Part shown: positions 28,472 to 42,687 of the stretch, piece after piece | Layout: every line of letters starts with the position of its first letter | Position numbering within the stretch: the first letter of the stretch is position 1 | Assembly: GCA_009914755.4 (NCBI GenBank) | Contig: CP086569.2 | Location: 51,232,001-51,296,000 of the forward strand | Direction of reading: 5' to 3' | DNA: 64,000 nt | From: the human T2T-CHM13v2.0 reference genome, Homo sapiens | Notes under the pieces: model-generated | What the model saw: the letters and a program-made list of their open reading frames with translations, nothing else | Told to the model about the DNA's origin: nothing | Database searches by the model: none | Translations under genes and position numbers: made by a program

Positions 28472-31400
28472 GAATGTATTAGAATGTAATGAACTTTAAT
28501 GGAATGTACTCGAATGGATTCGACTGGAATGGAATGTTCTGGAAGTGAATGGACTCCAATGGAATGGATTCCAAAGGAATGGAATCGTACGGAATGGAAT
28601 CTAATGGAATGGAATTAAATGGAAATGAATCAAATTGAATAGCACGGAATTGAATTGAATGGAATGGAATACAATGGAATCTAATGAAACGGAAAGGAAA
28701 GGAATGGAATGGAATGGAATGGGCTGGAATGGAAGGGAGTGTAATGGAAGGTTCTCGAAAAAAATGGAATCGAATGGAATGGAATTGAATGGAACGGAAT
28801 AGAGTCGAATGGAATTGAATGGAATGGAATGGACTAGAGTGAAATGGAATCGAACCACAAGGAATGGAGAGGAATAGAATGGTCTCGAATTGAATGGAAT
28901 CATATGGAATGGCATCAAACGGAATGGAATGGACAGCCACGGAATGGAATGCACTCGAATGCAATGGAGTCGAAACTAATGGACTGGAATAGAATGGACT
29001 CGACTGGTACGGACTCCAATGGAATGGAATCGAATGGAAGGGAATCGAACGGAATGGACTCGAAGGGAAAAGACTGCAATGGAAAGGTCTCGAATGGAAT
29101 GGAAATTAATGGAATGGAATGGAATCGAATGAAATGGAGTCAAAAGGAATGGAATCGAATGGCAAGAAATCGAATGTAATGGAATCGCAAGGAATTGATG
29201 TGAACGGAACGGAATGGAATGGAATCCAAAGGAATGGAATAGAATGGAATGGAATCGAATGGAAAGGACTCGAATGGAAATCACTCGAATAGAATGCAAT
29301 GTAATAAAATAGGATCAAATATAATGGAATGGAATGGAAAGGAATCGAAACGAAAGGAATGGAGACAGATGGAATGGAATAGAACAGAGAGCAATGGTAT
29401 AGAATGGAATGGAATCATCTGGAATGGAATTGAATGGAATGGAATAATATGAAATGGAATGGAATGGAATGGAATGGAATGCCCTTGAATTAAATGGACT
29501 GGAATGGAATGGACTCGAACAGAGTGGAATGGAAAGTGTTGAGATAGAATGGAATGGACTCCTTTGGAATGGTGTAGTATGCAATGCAATCGACTGGCAG
29601 GGAATCAAAAGGAATGTAATCGAATGGATTGGACTGGAATGCAATGGACTCGAATAGATTGCAAACAGAATGCAAAGGAATGGAATGGAATAGTATGGAA
29701 TGGAATGGAAAGGAATGGAGTGGAATAGACTAGAGTGGAATGGAATGGACTGGAAAGCAATGGACTGGAATGGAACTTTCTTGAATAGACTGGAATCAAA
29801 CGGAATGGAATGCAATGCAATCAATCGGCATGGAATAAAATAGAATGAAAGAGAATCAAATGGAATTGAATCGAATGGAATCGAATGGATTGGAAAGGAA
29901 TAGAATGGAATGGAATGGAATGGACTCAAATGGAATGGACTAGAATGGAATGGATTCGAATGGAAGGCAAAGGAATGGAATCTATTGGAATGGACTGTAA
30001 TGGAATGGAATGGAAGGGATTGGAATGGACTCGAATGGAATGGACTGCAATAGAAAGGATTCGAATGGAATGAAAAAGAATTGAATGGAATAGAACAGAA
30101 TGGAATCAAATCGAATGAAATGGAATGGAATAGAAAGGAATGGAATGAAATGGAATGGAAAGGATTCGAATGGAATACAATCGAATGGAATGGAATCGAA
30201 CGGAATGGAATAAAATGGAAGAAAACTGGCAAGAAATGGAATCGAAATGAATGGAGTGTTATGGAACGGACTCAAAAGGAATTGAATGTAATAGAATGGA
30301 GTGGAGTGGACTCGAATATAATGGACTGGAATGGAATGAAATCACATGGAATGGGAACGAATGGAATGGAATGGAAAGGAATGGAATCGAATGGAAAGGA
30401 ATCGAATGGAAGGGAATGAAATTGAATCAACAGGAATGGAAGGGAATAGAATAGACGGTAATGGAATGGACTCGAATAGAATGGACACGAATGCTCAAAT
30501 TGAATGGACTCGAATGGAATGGAAACGAAAGGAATGTCATCGAATGGAATTGAATCGATTGGAATGAAATCGCATAGAATGGAGTGGAATCAAATGGAAT
30601 TGAATCGAAAGGAAAGGAAGCGAATGGACTGAAATGAAATGGAATGGAATTGAATGGAAAGTAATGCAATGGAATAGAATGGAACGAAATTTCACGGAAC
30701 GGAATCAAACTGAATGGAATCAAATCAATGGAATCCACTCAAATGGAATGGAAAGGAATTGAATGGAGTAGATTGGATTGGATGGGATTGGAATGAAATG
30801 TACTGGAAAGGACTCGAATTTCATGAAACGGAATGGAATGAATTGGAACGGAATGGACTCGAATGGAATGGAATGTCATGGAATGGCATCAAATGGTATG
30901 GCATCAAATGGAATGGAATCGAATGCAATGGAATGCTATGGAATGGAATGGAATGCATTGGAATGGAATGTCCTCTAATGGAATGGATTCGAGTGGAATG
31001 GAATCGAATATAATGGAGTCGAATGAAATGGAATTGAAAGGAATGGGATCGAATACAATGGAATATACTGGAATGTAATGTAATGAACTCGAATGTAATT
31101 GACTGGAATGGAATGTACATGAATGGAATGTAATCGAATGGAAAGTAATCCAATGGAATAGAATCTAATGCAATAAAATCGACTCAGATAGAGTAGAATG
31201 TAATGGAATGGAGTGCAGTGCAATGGAATGGAATGGAATGGAATGCAATGGAATGGAATGGAATGGAATGGAATGGAATGGAATGGAATGGGATGGGATG
31301 GAATGGTATGGAATGGATAGTAATGGACTGGAGTGAAATGGACTGGAAAGGAATGGACTCAAATTGAAAGGGCTCGAAAGGAATGGAGTCAAATGGAATG

Positions 31401-31965
31401 GTCTGGAATGGAATGAACACGAATGTAATGCAATCCAATAGAATGGAATCGAATGGCATGGAATATAAAGAAATGGAATCGGAGAGAATGGAAACAAATG
31501 GAATGGAATTGAATGGAATGGAATTGAATGGAATGGGAACGAATGGAGTGAAATTGTATGCAGTAGAAGGGAATAGAATGGAATGCAAGCGAAAGGAAAG
31601 GAATGGATTGGAATGGAATGGAATTCATTGGAATGGAAGGGAATGTAGTGTAATGGACAGGCCTGGAATAAAGTGGAATGCTACGGTCTCGAATGGAATA
31701 AAAATGTATGGAATGGAATGCAATGAAATGGAATCGAATGTCATAGAATGTAATGGAATGCAAAAAATGGAATCCAAAATCATTGACTGGAAAGGCTGGG
31801 TGTCGAAAGGAATTGACTCCAATGGAATGGAATCGAATGGAATGGAAGTGAATAGAATCGAACTAAATCGAATGGAATGGAATTGATAGGAACGGAATGG
31901 AAAGGAATGCAATGATTTGGCATGGAATGGAATCGAATGGCATCGAATGGAATGGAATGGAATGC
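28472..31965 (+). repeat. Higher-order repeat unit 9 (3494 bp; carries a ~65-70 bp internal deletion near 28733)
   Basis: At 28721-28740, gggctggaatgg is followed directly by aagggagtgtaatgg. The segment aaaggaatcgaaacgaatggaatggaatcgaactgaagagactggaatggaatgcactggaatgg that other units carry (for example 262-330) is absent. Confidence 0.75.
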
Positions 31966-34900
31966 AATGGAATGGAATGTATTAGAATGTAATGAACTTT
32001 AATGGAATGTACTCGAATGGATTCGACTGGAATGGAATGTTCTGGAAGTGAATGGACTCCAATGGAATGGATTCCAAAGGAATGGAATCGTACGGAATGG
32101 AATCTAATGGAATGGAATTAAATGGAAATGAATCAAATTGAATAGCATGGAATTGAATTGAATGGAATGGAATGCAATGGAATCTAATGAAACGGAAAGG
32201 AAAGGAATGGAATGGAATGGAATGGGCTGGAATGGAAAGGAATCGAAACGAATGGAATGGAATCGAACTGAAGAGACTGGAATGGACTGCACTGGAATGG
32301 AAGGGAGTGTAATGGAAGGTTTTCGAAAAAAATGGAATCGAATGGAATGGAATTGAATGGAACGGAATAGAGTCGAATGGAATTGAATGGAATGGAATGG
32401 ACTAGAGTGAAATGGAATCGAACCACAAGGAATGGAGAGGAATAGAATGGTCTCGAATTGAATGGAATCGTATGGAATGGCATCAAACGGAATGGAATGG
32501 GCAGCCACGGAATGGAATGCACTCGAATGCAATGGAGTCGAAACTAATGGACTGGAATAGAATGGACTCGACTGGTACGGACTCCAATGGAATGGAATCG
32601 AATGGAAGGGAATCGAACGGAATGGACTCGAAGGGAAAAGACTGCAATGGAAAGGTCTCGAATGGAATGGAAATTAATGGAATGGAATGGAATCGAATGA
32701 AATGGAGTCAAAAGGAATGGAATCGAATGGCAAGAAATCGAATGTAATGGAATCGCAAGGAATTGATGTGAACGGAACGGAATGGAATGGAATCCAAAGG
32801 AATGGAATAGAATGGAATGGAATCGAATGGAAAGGACTCGAATGGCAATCACTCGAATAGAATGCAATTTAATAAAATAGGATCAAATGTAATGGAATGG
32901 AATGGAAAGGAATCGAAACGAAAGGAATGGAGACAGATGGAATGGAATGGAACAGAGAGCAATGGTATAGAATGGAATGGAATCATCTGGAATGGAATTG
33001 AATGGAATGGAATAATATGAAATGGAATGGAATGGAATGGAATGGAATGGAATGCCCTTGAATTAAATGGACTGGAATGGAATGGACTCGAACAGAGTGG
33101 AATGGAAAGTGTTGAGATAGAATGGAATGGACTCCTTTGGAATGGTGTAGTATGCAATGCAATCGACTGGCAGGGAATCAAAAGGAATGTAATGGAATGG
33201 ATTGGACTGGAATGCAATGGACTCGAATAGATTGGAAACGGAATGCAAAGGAATGGAATGGAATAGTATGGAATGGAATGGAAAGGAATGGAGTGGAATA
33301 GACTAGAGTGGAATGGAATGGACTGGAAAGCAATGGACTGGAATGGAACTTTCTTGAATGGACTGGAATCAAACGGAATGGAATGCAATGCAATCAAATG
33401 GCATGGAATAAAATAGAATGAAAGAGAATCAAATGGAATTGAATCGAATGGAATCGAATGGATTGGAAAGGAATAGAATGGAATGGAATGGAATGGACTA
33501 GAATGGAATGGATTCGAATGGAAGGCAAAGGAATGGAATCTATTGGAATGGACTGTAATGGAATGGAATGGAAGGGATTGGAATGGACTCGAATGGAATG
33601 GACTGCAATAGAAAGGATTCGAATGGAATGAAAAATAATTGAATGGAATAGAACAGAATGGAATCAAATCGAATGAAATGGAATGGAATAGAAAGGAATG
33701 GAATGAAATGGAATGGAAAGGATTCGAATGGAATGCAATCGAATGGAATGGAATCGAACGGAATGGAATAAAATGGAAGAAAACTGGCAAGAAATGGAAT
33801 CGAAATGAATGGAGTGTTATGGAACGGACTCAAAAGGAATTGAATGTAATAGAATGGAGTGGAGTGGACTCGAATATAATGGACTGGAATGGAATGAAAT
33901 CACATGGAATGGGAACGAATGGAATGGAATGGAAAGGAATGGAATCGAATGGAAAGGAATCGAATGGAAGGGAATGAAATTGAATCAACAGGAATGGAAG
34001 GGAATAGAATAGACGGTAATGGAATGGACTCGAATAGAATGGACACGAATGCTCAAATTGAATGGACTCGAATGGAATGGAAACGAAAGGAATGTCATCG
34101 AATGGAATTGAATCGATTGGAATGAAATCGCATAGAATGGAGTGGAATCAAATGGAATTGAATCGAAAGGAAAGGAAGCGAATGGACTGAAATGAAATGG
34201 AATGGAATTGAATGGAAAGTAATGCAATGGAATAGAATGGAACGAAATTTCACGGAATGGAATCAAACTGAATGGAATCAAATCAATGGAATCTAATCAA
34301 ATGGAATGGAAAGGAATTGAATGGAGTAGATTGGATTGGATGGGATTGGAATGAAATGTACTGGAAAGGACTCGAATTTCATGAAACGGAATGGAATGAA
34401 TTGGAACGGAACGGACTCGAATGGAATGGAATGTCATGGAATGGCATCAAATGGAATGGCATCAAATGGAATGGAATCGAATGCAATGGAATGTTATGGA
34501 ATGGAATGGAATGCATTGGAATGGAATGTCCTCTAATGGAATGGATTCGAGTGGAATGGAATCGAATATAATGGAGTCGAATGAAATGGAATTGAAAGGA
34601 ATGGGATCGAATAGAATGGAATATACTGGAATGTAATGTAATGAACTCGAATGTTATTGACTGGAATGGAATGTACATGAATGGAAGGTAATCGAATGGA
34701 AAGTAATCCAATGGAATAGAATCTAATGCAATAAAATCGACTCAGATAGAGTAGAATGTAATGGAATGGAGTGCAGTGCAATGGAATGGAATGGAATTGA
34801 ATGCAATGCAATGGAATGGAATGGAATGGAATGGAATGGAATGGAATGGAATGGAATGGGATGGAATGGTATGGAATGGATAGTAATGGACTGGAGTGAA

Positions 34901-35529
34901 ATGGACTGGAAAGGAATGGACTCAAATTGAAAGGGCTCGAAAGGAATGGAGTCAAATGGAATGGTCTGGAATGGAATGAACACGAATGTAATGCAATCCA
35001 ATAGAATGGAATCGAATGGCATGGAATATAAAGAAATGGATTCGAAGAGAATGGAAACAAATGGAATGGAATTGAATGGAATGGAATTGAATGGAATGGG
35101 AACGAATGGAGTGAAATTGTATGCAGTAGAAGGGAATAGAATGGAATGCAAGCGAAAGGAAAGGAATGGATTGGAATGGAATGGAATTCATTGGAATGGA
35201 AGGGAATGTAGTGTAATGGACAGGCCTGGAATAAAGTGGAATGCTACGGTCTCGAATGGAATAAAAATGTATGGAATGGAATACAAAGAAACGGAATCGA
35301 ATGTCATAGAATGTAATGGAATGCAACAAAATGGAATCCAAAATCATTGACTGGAAAGGCTGGGTGTCGAAAGGAATTGACTCCAATGGAATGGAATCGA
35401 ATGGAATGGAAGTGAATAGAATCGAACTAAATCGAATGGAATGGAATTGATAGGAACGGAATGGAAAGGAATGCAATGATTTGGCATGGAATGGAATCGA
35501 ATGGCATCGAATGGAATGGAATGGAATGC
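31966..35529 (+). repeat. Higher-order repeat unit 10 (3564 bp)
   Basis: Landmark recurrence. Its distal half is near-identical to units 11-13. Confidence 0.8.
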
Positions 35530-38500
35530 AATGGAATGGAATGTATTAGAATGTAATGAACTTTAATGGAATGTACTCGAATGGATTCGACTGGAATGGA
35601 ATGTTCTGGAAGTGAATGGACTCCAATGGAATGGATTCAAAAGGAATGGAATCGTACGGAATGGAATCTAATGGAATGGAATTAAATGGAAATGAATCAA
35701 ATTGAATAGCACGGAATTGAATTGAATGGAATGGAATGCAATGGAATCTAATGAAACGGAAAGGAAAGGAATGGAATGGAATGGAATGGGCTGGAATGGA
35801 AAGGAATCGAAACGAATGGAATGGAATCGAACTGAAGAGACTGGAATGGAATGCACTGGAATGGAAGGGAGTGTAATGGAAGGTTCTCGAAAAAAATGGA
35901 ATCGAATGGAATGGAATTGAATGGAACGGAATAGAGTCGAATGGAATTGAATGGAATGGAATGGACTAGAGTGAAATGGAATTGAACCACAAGGAATGGA
36001 GAGGAATAGAATGGTCTCGAATTGAATGGAATCGTATGGAATGGCATCAAACGGAATGGAATGGACAGCCACGGAATGGAATGCACTCGAATGCAATGGA
36101 GTCGAAACTAATGGACTGGAATAGAATGGACTCGACTGGTACGGACTCCAATGGAATGGAATCGAATGGAAGGGAATCGAACGGAATGGACTCGAAGGGA
36201 AAAGACTGCAATGGAAAGGTCTCGAATGGAATGGAAATTAATGGAATGGAATGGAATCGAATGAAATGGAGTCAAAAGGAATGGAATCGAATGGCAAGAA
36301 ATCGAATGTAATGGAATCGCAAGGAATTGATGTGAACGGAACGGAATGGAATGGAATCCAAAGGAATGGAATAGAATGGAATGGAATCGAATGGAAAGGA
36401 CTCGAATGGAAATCACTCGAATAGAATGCAATTTAATAAAATAGGATCAAATGTAATGGAACGGAATGGAAAGGAATCGAAACGAAAGGAATGGAGACAG
36501 ATGGAATGGAATAGAACAGAGAGCAATGGTATAGAATGGAATGGAATCATCTGGAATGGAATTGAATGGAATGGAATAATATGAAATGGAATGGAATGGA
36601 ATGGAATGGAATGGAATGCCCTTGAATTAAATGGACTGGAATGGAATGGACTCGAACAGAGTGGAATGGAAAGTGTTGAGATAGAATGGAATGGACTCCT
36701 TTGGAATGGTGTAGTATGCAATGCAATCGACTGGCAGGGAATCAAAAGGAATGTAATCGAATGGATTGGACTGGAATGCAATGGACTCGAATAGATTGGA
36801 AACGGAATGCAAAGGAATGGAATGGAATAGTATGGAATGGAATGGAAAGGAATGGAGTGGAATAGACTAGAGTGGAATGGAATGGACTGGAAAGCAATGG
36901 ACTGGAATGGAACTTTCTTGAATGGACTGGAATCAAACGGAATGGAATGCAATGCAATCAAATGGCATGGAATAAAATAGAATGAAAGAGAATCAAATGG
37001 AATTGAATCGAATGGAATCGAATGGATTGGAAAGGAATAGAATGGAATGGAATGGAATGGACTCAAATGGAATGGACTAGAAAGGAATGGATTCGAATGG
37101 AAGGCAAAGGAATGGAATCTATTGGAATGGACTGTAATGGAATGGAATGGAAGGGATTGGAATGGACTCGAATGGAATGGACTGCAATAGAAAGGATTCG
37201 AATGGAATGAAAAAGAATTGAATGGAATAGAACAGAATGGAATCATATCGAATGAAATGGAACGGAATAGAAAGGAATGGAATGAAATGGAATGGAAAGG
37301 ATTCGAATGGAATGCAATCGAATGGAATGGAATCGAACGGAATGGAATAAAATGGAAGAAAACTGGCAAGAAATGGAATCGAAATGAATGGAGTGTTATG
37401 GAACGGACTCAAAAGGAATTGAATGTAATAGAATGGAGTGGAGTGGACTCGAATATAATGGACTGGAATGGAATGAAATCACATGGAATGGGAACGAATG
37501 GAATGGAATGGAAAGGAATGGAATCGAATGGAAAGGAATCGAATGGAAGGGAATGAAATTGAATCAACAGGAATGGAAGGGAATAGAATAGACGGTAATG
37601 GAATGGACTCGAATAGAATGGACACGAATGCTCAAATTGAATGGACTCGAATGGAATGGAAACGAAAGGAATGTCATCGAATGGAATTGAATCGATTGGA
37701 ATGAAATCGCATAGAATGGAGTGGAATCAAATGGAATTGAATCGAAAGGAAAGGAAGCGAATGGACTGAAATGAAATGGAATGGAATTGAATGGAAAGTA
37801 ATGCAATGGAATAGAATGGAACGAAATTTCACGGAATGGAATCAAACTGAATGGAATCAAATCAATGGAATCTAATCAAATGGAATGGAAAGGAATTGAA
37901 TGGAGTAGATTGGATTGGATGGGATTGGAATGAAATGTACTGGAAAGGACTCGAATTTCATGAAACGGAATGGAATGAATTGGAACGGAACGGACTCGAA
38001 TGGAATGGAATGTCATGGAATGGCATCAAATGGAATGGCATCAAATGGAATGGAATCGAATGCAATGGAATGTTATGGAATGGAATGGAATGCATTGGAA
38101 TGGAATGTCCTCTAATGGAATGGATTCGAGTGGAATGGAATCGAATATAATGGAGTCGAATGAAATGGAATTGAAAGGAATGGGATCGAATAGAATGGAA
38201 TATACTGGAATGTAATGTAATGAACTCGAATGTTATTGACTGGAATGGAATGTACATGAATGGAAGGTAATCGAATGGAAAGTAATCCAATGGAATAGAA
38301 TCTAATGCAATAAAATCGACTCAGATAGAGTAGAATGTAATGGAATGGAGTGCAGTGCAATGGAATGGAATGGAATTGAATGCAATGCAATGGAATGGAA
38401 TGGAATGGAATGGAATGGAATGGAATGGAATGGAATGGGATGGAATGGTATGGAATGGATAGTAATGGACTGGAGTGAAATGGACTGGAAAGGAATGGAC

Positions 38501-39108
38501 TCAAATTGAAAGGGCTCGAAAGGAATGGAGTCAAATGGAATGGTCTGGAATGGAATGAACACGAATGTAATGCAATCCAATAGAATGGAATCGAATGGCA
38601 TGGAATATAAAGAAATGGATTCGAAGAGAATGGAAACAAATGGAATGGAATTGAATGGAATGGAATTGAATGGAATGGGAACGAATGGAGTGAAATTGTA
38701 TGCAGTAGAAGGGAATAGAATGGAATGCAAGCGAAAGGAAAGGAATGGATTGGAATGGAATGGAATTCATTGGAATGGAAGGGAATGTAGTGTAATGGAC
38801 AGGCCTGGAATAAAGTGGAATGCTACGGTCTCGAATGGAATAAAAATGTATGGAATGGAATACAAAGAAACGGAATCGAATGTCATAGAATGTAATGGAA
38901 TGCAACAAAATGGAATCCAAAATCATTGACTGGAAAGGCTGGGTGTCGAAAGGAATTGACTCCAATGGAATGGAATCGAATGGAATGGAAGTGAATAGAA
39001 TCGAACTAAATCGAATGGAATGGAATTGATAGGAACGGAATGGAAAGGAATGCAATGATTTGGCATGGAATGGAATCGAATGGCATCGAATGGAATGGAA
39101 TGGAATGC
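35530..39108 (+). repeat. Higher-order repeat unit 11 (3579 bp variant)
   Basis: Landmark recurrence. Near-identical to unit 12. Confidence 0.8.
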
Positions 39109-42100
39109 AATGGAATGGAATGTATTAGAATGTAATGAACTTTAATGGAATGTACTCGAATGGATTCGACTGGAATGGAATGTTCTGGAAGTGAATGGAC
39201 TCCAATGGAATGGATTCAAAAGGAATGGAATCGTACGGAATGGAATCTAATGGAATGGAATTAAATGGAAATGAATCAAATTGAATAGCACGGAATTGAA
39301 TTGAATGGAATGGAATGCAATGGAATCTAATGAAACGGAAAGGAAAGGAATGGAATGGAATGGAATGGGCTGGAATGGAAAGGAATCGAAACGAATGGAA
39401 TGGAATCGAACTGAAGAGACTGGAATGGAATGCACTGGAATGGAAGGGAGTGTAATGGAAGGTTCTCGAAAAAAATGGAATCGAATGGAATGGAATTGAA
39501 TGGAACGGAATAGAGTCGAATGGAATTGAATGGAATGGAATGGACTAGAGTGAAATGGAATTGAACCACAAGGAATGGAGAGGAATAGAATGGTCTCGAA
39601 TTGAATGGAATCGTATGGAATGGCATCAAACGGAATGGAATGGACAGCCACGGAATGGAATGCACTCGAATGCAATGGAGTCGAAACTAATGGACTGGAA
39701 TAGAATGGACTCGACTGGTACGGACTCCAATGGAATGGAATCGAATGGAAGGGAATCGAACGGAATGGACTCGAAGGGAAAAGACTGCAATGGAAAGGTC
39801 TCGAATGGAATGGAAATTAATGGAATGGAATGGAATCGAATGAAATGGAGTCAAAAGGAATGGAATCGAATGGCAAGAAATCGAATGTAATGGAATCGCA
39901 AGGAATTGATGTGAACGGAACGGAATGGAATGGAATCCAAAGGAATGGAATAGAATGGAATGGAATCGAATGGAAAGGACTCGAATGGAAATCACTCGAA
40001 TAGAATGCAATTTAATAAAATAGGATCAAATGTAATGGAACGGAATGGAAAGGAATCGAAACGAAAGGAATGGAGACAGATGGAATGGAATAGAACAGAG
40101 AGCAATGGTATAGAATGGAATGGAATCATCTGGAATGGAATTGAATGGAATGGAATAATATGAAATGGAATGGAATGGAATGGAATGGAATGGAATGCCC
40201 TTGAATTAAATGGACTGGAATGGAATGGACTCGAACAGAGTGGAATGGAAAGTGTTGAGATAGAATGGAATGGACTCCTTTGGAATGGTGTAGTATGCAA
40301 TGCAATCGACTGGCAGGGAATCAAAAGGAATGTAATCGAATGGATTGGACTGGAATGCAATGGACTCGAATAGATTGGAAACGGAATGCAAAGGAATGGA
40401 ATGGAATAGTATGGAATGGAATGGAAAGGAATGGAGTGGAATAGACTAGAGTGGAATGGAATGGACTGGAAAGCAATGGACTGGAATGGAACTTTCTTGA
40501 ATGGACTGGAATCAAACGGAATGGAATGCAATGCAATCAAATGGCATGGAATAAAATAGAATGAAAGAGAATCAAATGGAATTGAATCGAATGGAATCGA
40601 ATGGATTGGAAAGGAATAGAATGGAATGGAATGGAATGGACTCAAATGGAATGGACTAGAAAGGAATGGATTCGAATGGAAGGCAAAGGAATGGAATCTA
40701 TTGGAATGGACTGTAATGGAATGGAATGGAAGGGATTGGAATGGACTCGAATGGAATGGACTGCAATAGAAAGGATTCGAATGGAATGAAAAAGAATTGA
40801 ATGGAATAGAACAGAATGGAATCATATCGAATGAAATGGAACGGAATAGAAAGGAATGGAATGAAATGGAATGGAAAGGATTCGAATGGAATGCAATCGA
40901 ATGGAATGGAATCGAACGGAATGGAATAAAATGGAAGAAAACTGGCAAGAAATGGAATCGAAATGAATGGAGTGTTATGGAACGGACTCAAAAGGAATTG
41001 AATGTAATAGAATGGAGTGGAGTGGACTCGAATATAATGGACTGGAATGGAATGAAATCACATGGAATGGGAACGAATGGAATGGAATGGAAAGGAATGG
41101 AATCGAATGGAAAGGAATCGAATGGAAGGGAATGAAATTGAATCAACAGGAATGGAAGGGAATAGAATAGACGGTAATGGAATGGACTCGAATAGAATGG
41201 ACACGAATGCTCAAATTGAATGGACTCGAATGGAATGGAAACGAAAGGAATGTCATCGAATGGAATTGAATCGATTGGAATGAAATCGCATAGAATGGAG
41301 TGGAATCAAATGGAATTGAATCGAAAGGAAAGGAAGCGAATGGACTGAAATGAAATGGAATGGAATTGAATGGAAAGTAATGCAATGGAATAGAATGGAA
41401 CGAAATTTCACGGAATGGAATCAAACTGAATGGAATCAAATCAATGGAATCTAATCAAATGGAATGGAAAGGAATTGAATGGAGTAGATTGGATTGGATG
41501 GGATTGGAATGAAATGTACTGGAAAGGACTCGAATTTCATGAAACGGAATGGAATGAATTGGAACGGAACGGACTCGAATGGAATGGAATGTCATGGAAT
41601 GGCATCAAATGGAATGGCATCAAATGGAATGGAATCGAATGCAATGGAATGTTATGGAATGGAATGGAATGCATTGGAATGGAATGTCCTCTAATGGAAT
41701 GGATTCGAGTGGAATGGAATCGAATATAATGGAGTCGAATGAAATGGAATTGAAAGGAATGGGATCGAATAGAATGGAATATACTGGAATGTAATGTAAT
41801 GAACTCGAATGTTATTGACTGGAATGGAATGTACATGAATGGAAGGTAATCGAATGGAAAGTAATCCAATGGAATAGAATCTAATGCAATAAAATCGACT
41901 CAGATAGAGTAGAATGTAATGGAATGGAGTGCAGTGCAATGGAATGGAATGGAATTGAATGCAATGCAATGGAATGGAATGGAATGGAATGGAATGGAAT
42001 GGAATGGAATGGAATGGGATGGAATGGTATGGAATGGATAGTAATGGACTGGAGTGAAGTGGACTGGAAAGGAATGGACTCAAATTGAAAGGGCTCGAAA

Positions 42101-42687
42101 GGAATGGAGTCAAATGGAATGGTCTGGAATGGAATGAACACGAATGTAATGCAATCCAATAGAATGGAATCGAATGGCATGGAATATAAAGAAATGGATT
42201 CGAAGAGAATGGAAACAAATGGAATGGAATTGAATGGAATGGAATTGAATGGAATGGGAACGAATGGAGTGAAATTGTATGCAGTAGAAGGGAATAGAAT
42301 GGAATGCAAGCGAAAGGAAAGGAATGGATTGGAATGGAATGGAATTCATTGGAATGGAAGGGAATGTAGTGTAATGGACAGGCCTGGAATAAAGTGGAAT
42401 GCTACGGTCTCGAATGGAATAAAAATGTATGGAATGGAATACAAAGAAACGGAATCGAATGTCATAGAATGTAATGGAATGCAACAAAATGGAATCCAAA
42501 ATCATTGACTGGAAAGGCTGGGTGTCGAAAGGAATTGACTCCAATGGAATGGAATCGAATGGAATGGAAGTGAATAGAATCGAACTAAATCGAATGGAAT
42601 GGAATTGATAGGAACGGAATGGAAAGGAATGCAATGATTTGGCATGGAATGGAATCGAATGGCATCGAATGGAATGGAATGGAATGC
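39109..42687 (+). repeat. Higher-order repeat unit 12 (3579 bp variant)
   Basis: Landmark recurrence. The pseudo-ORF strings are identical to those of unit 11 at an offset of exactly 3579 bp. Confidence 0.8.
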
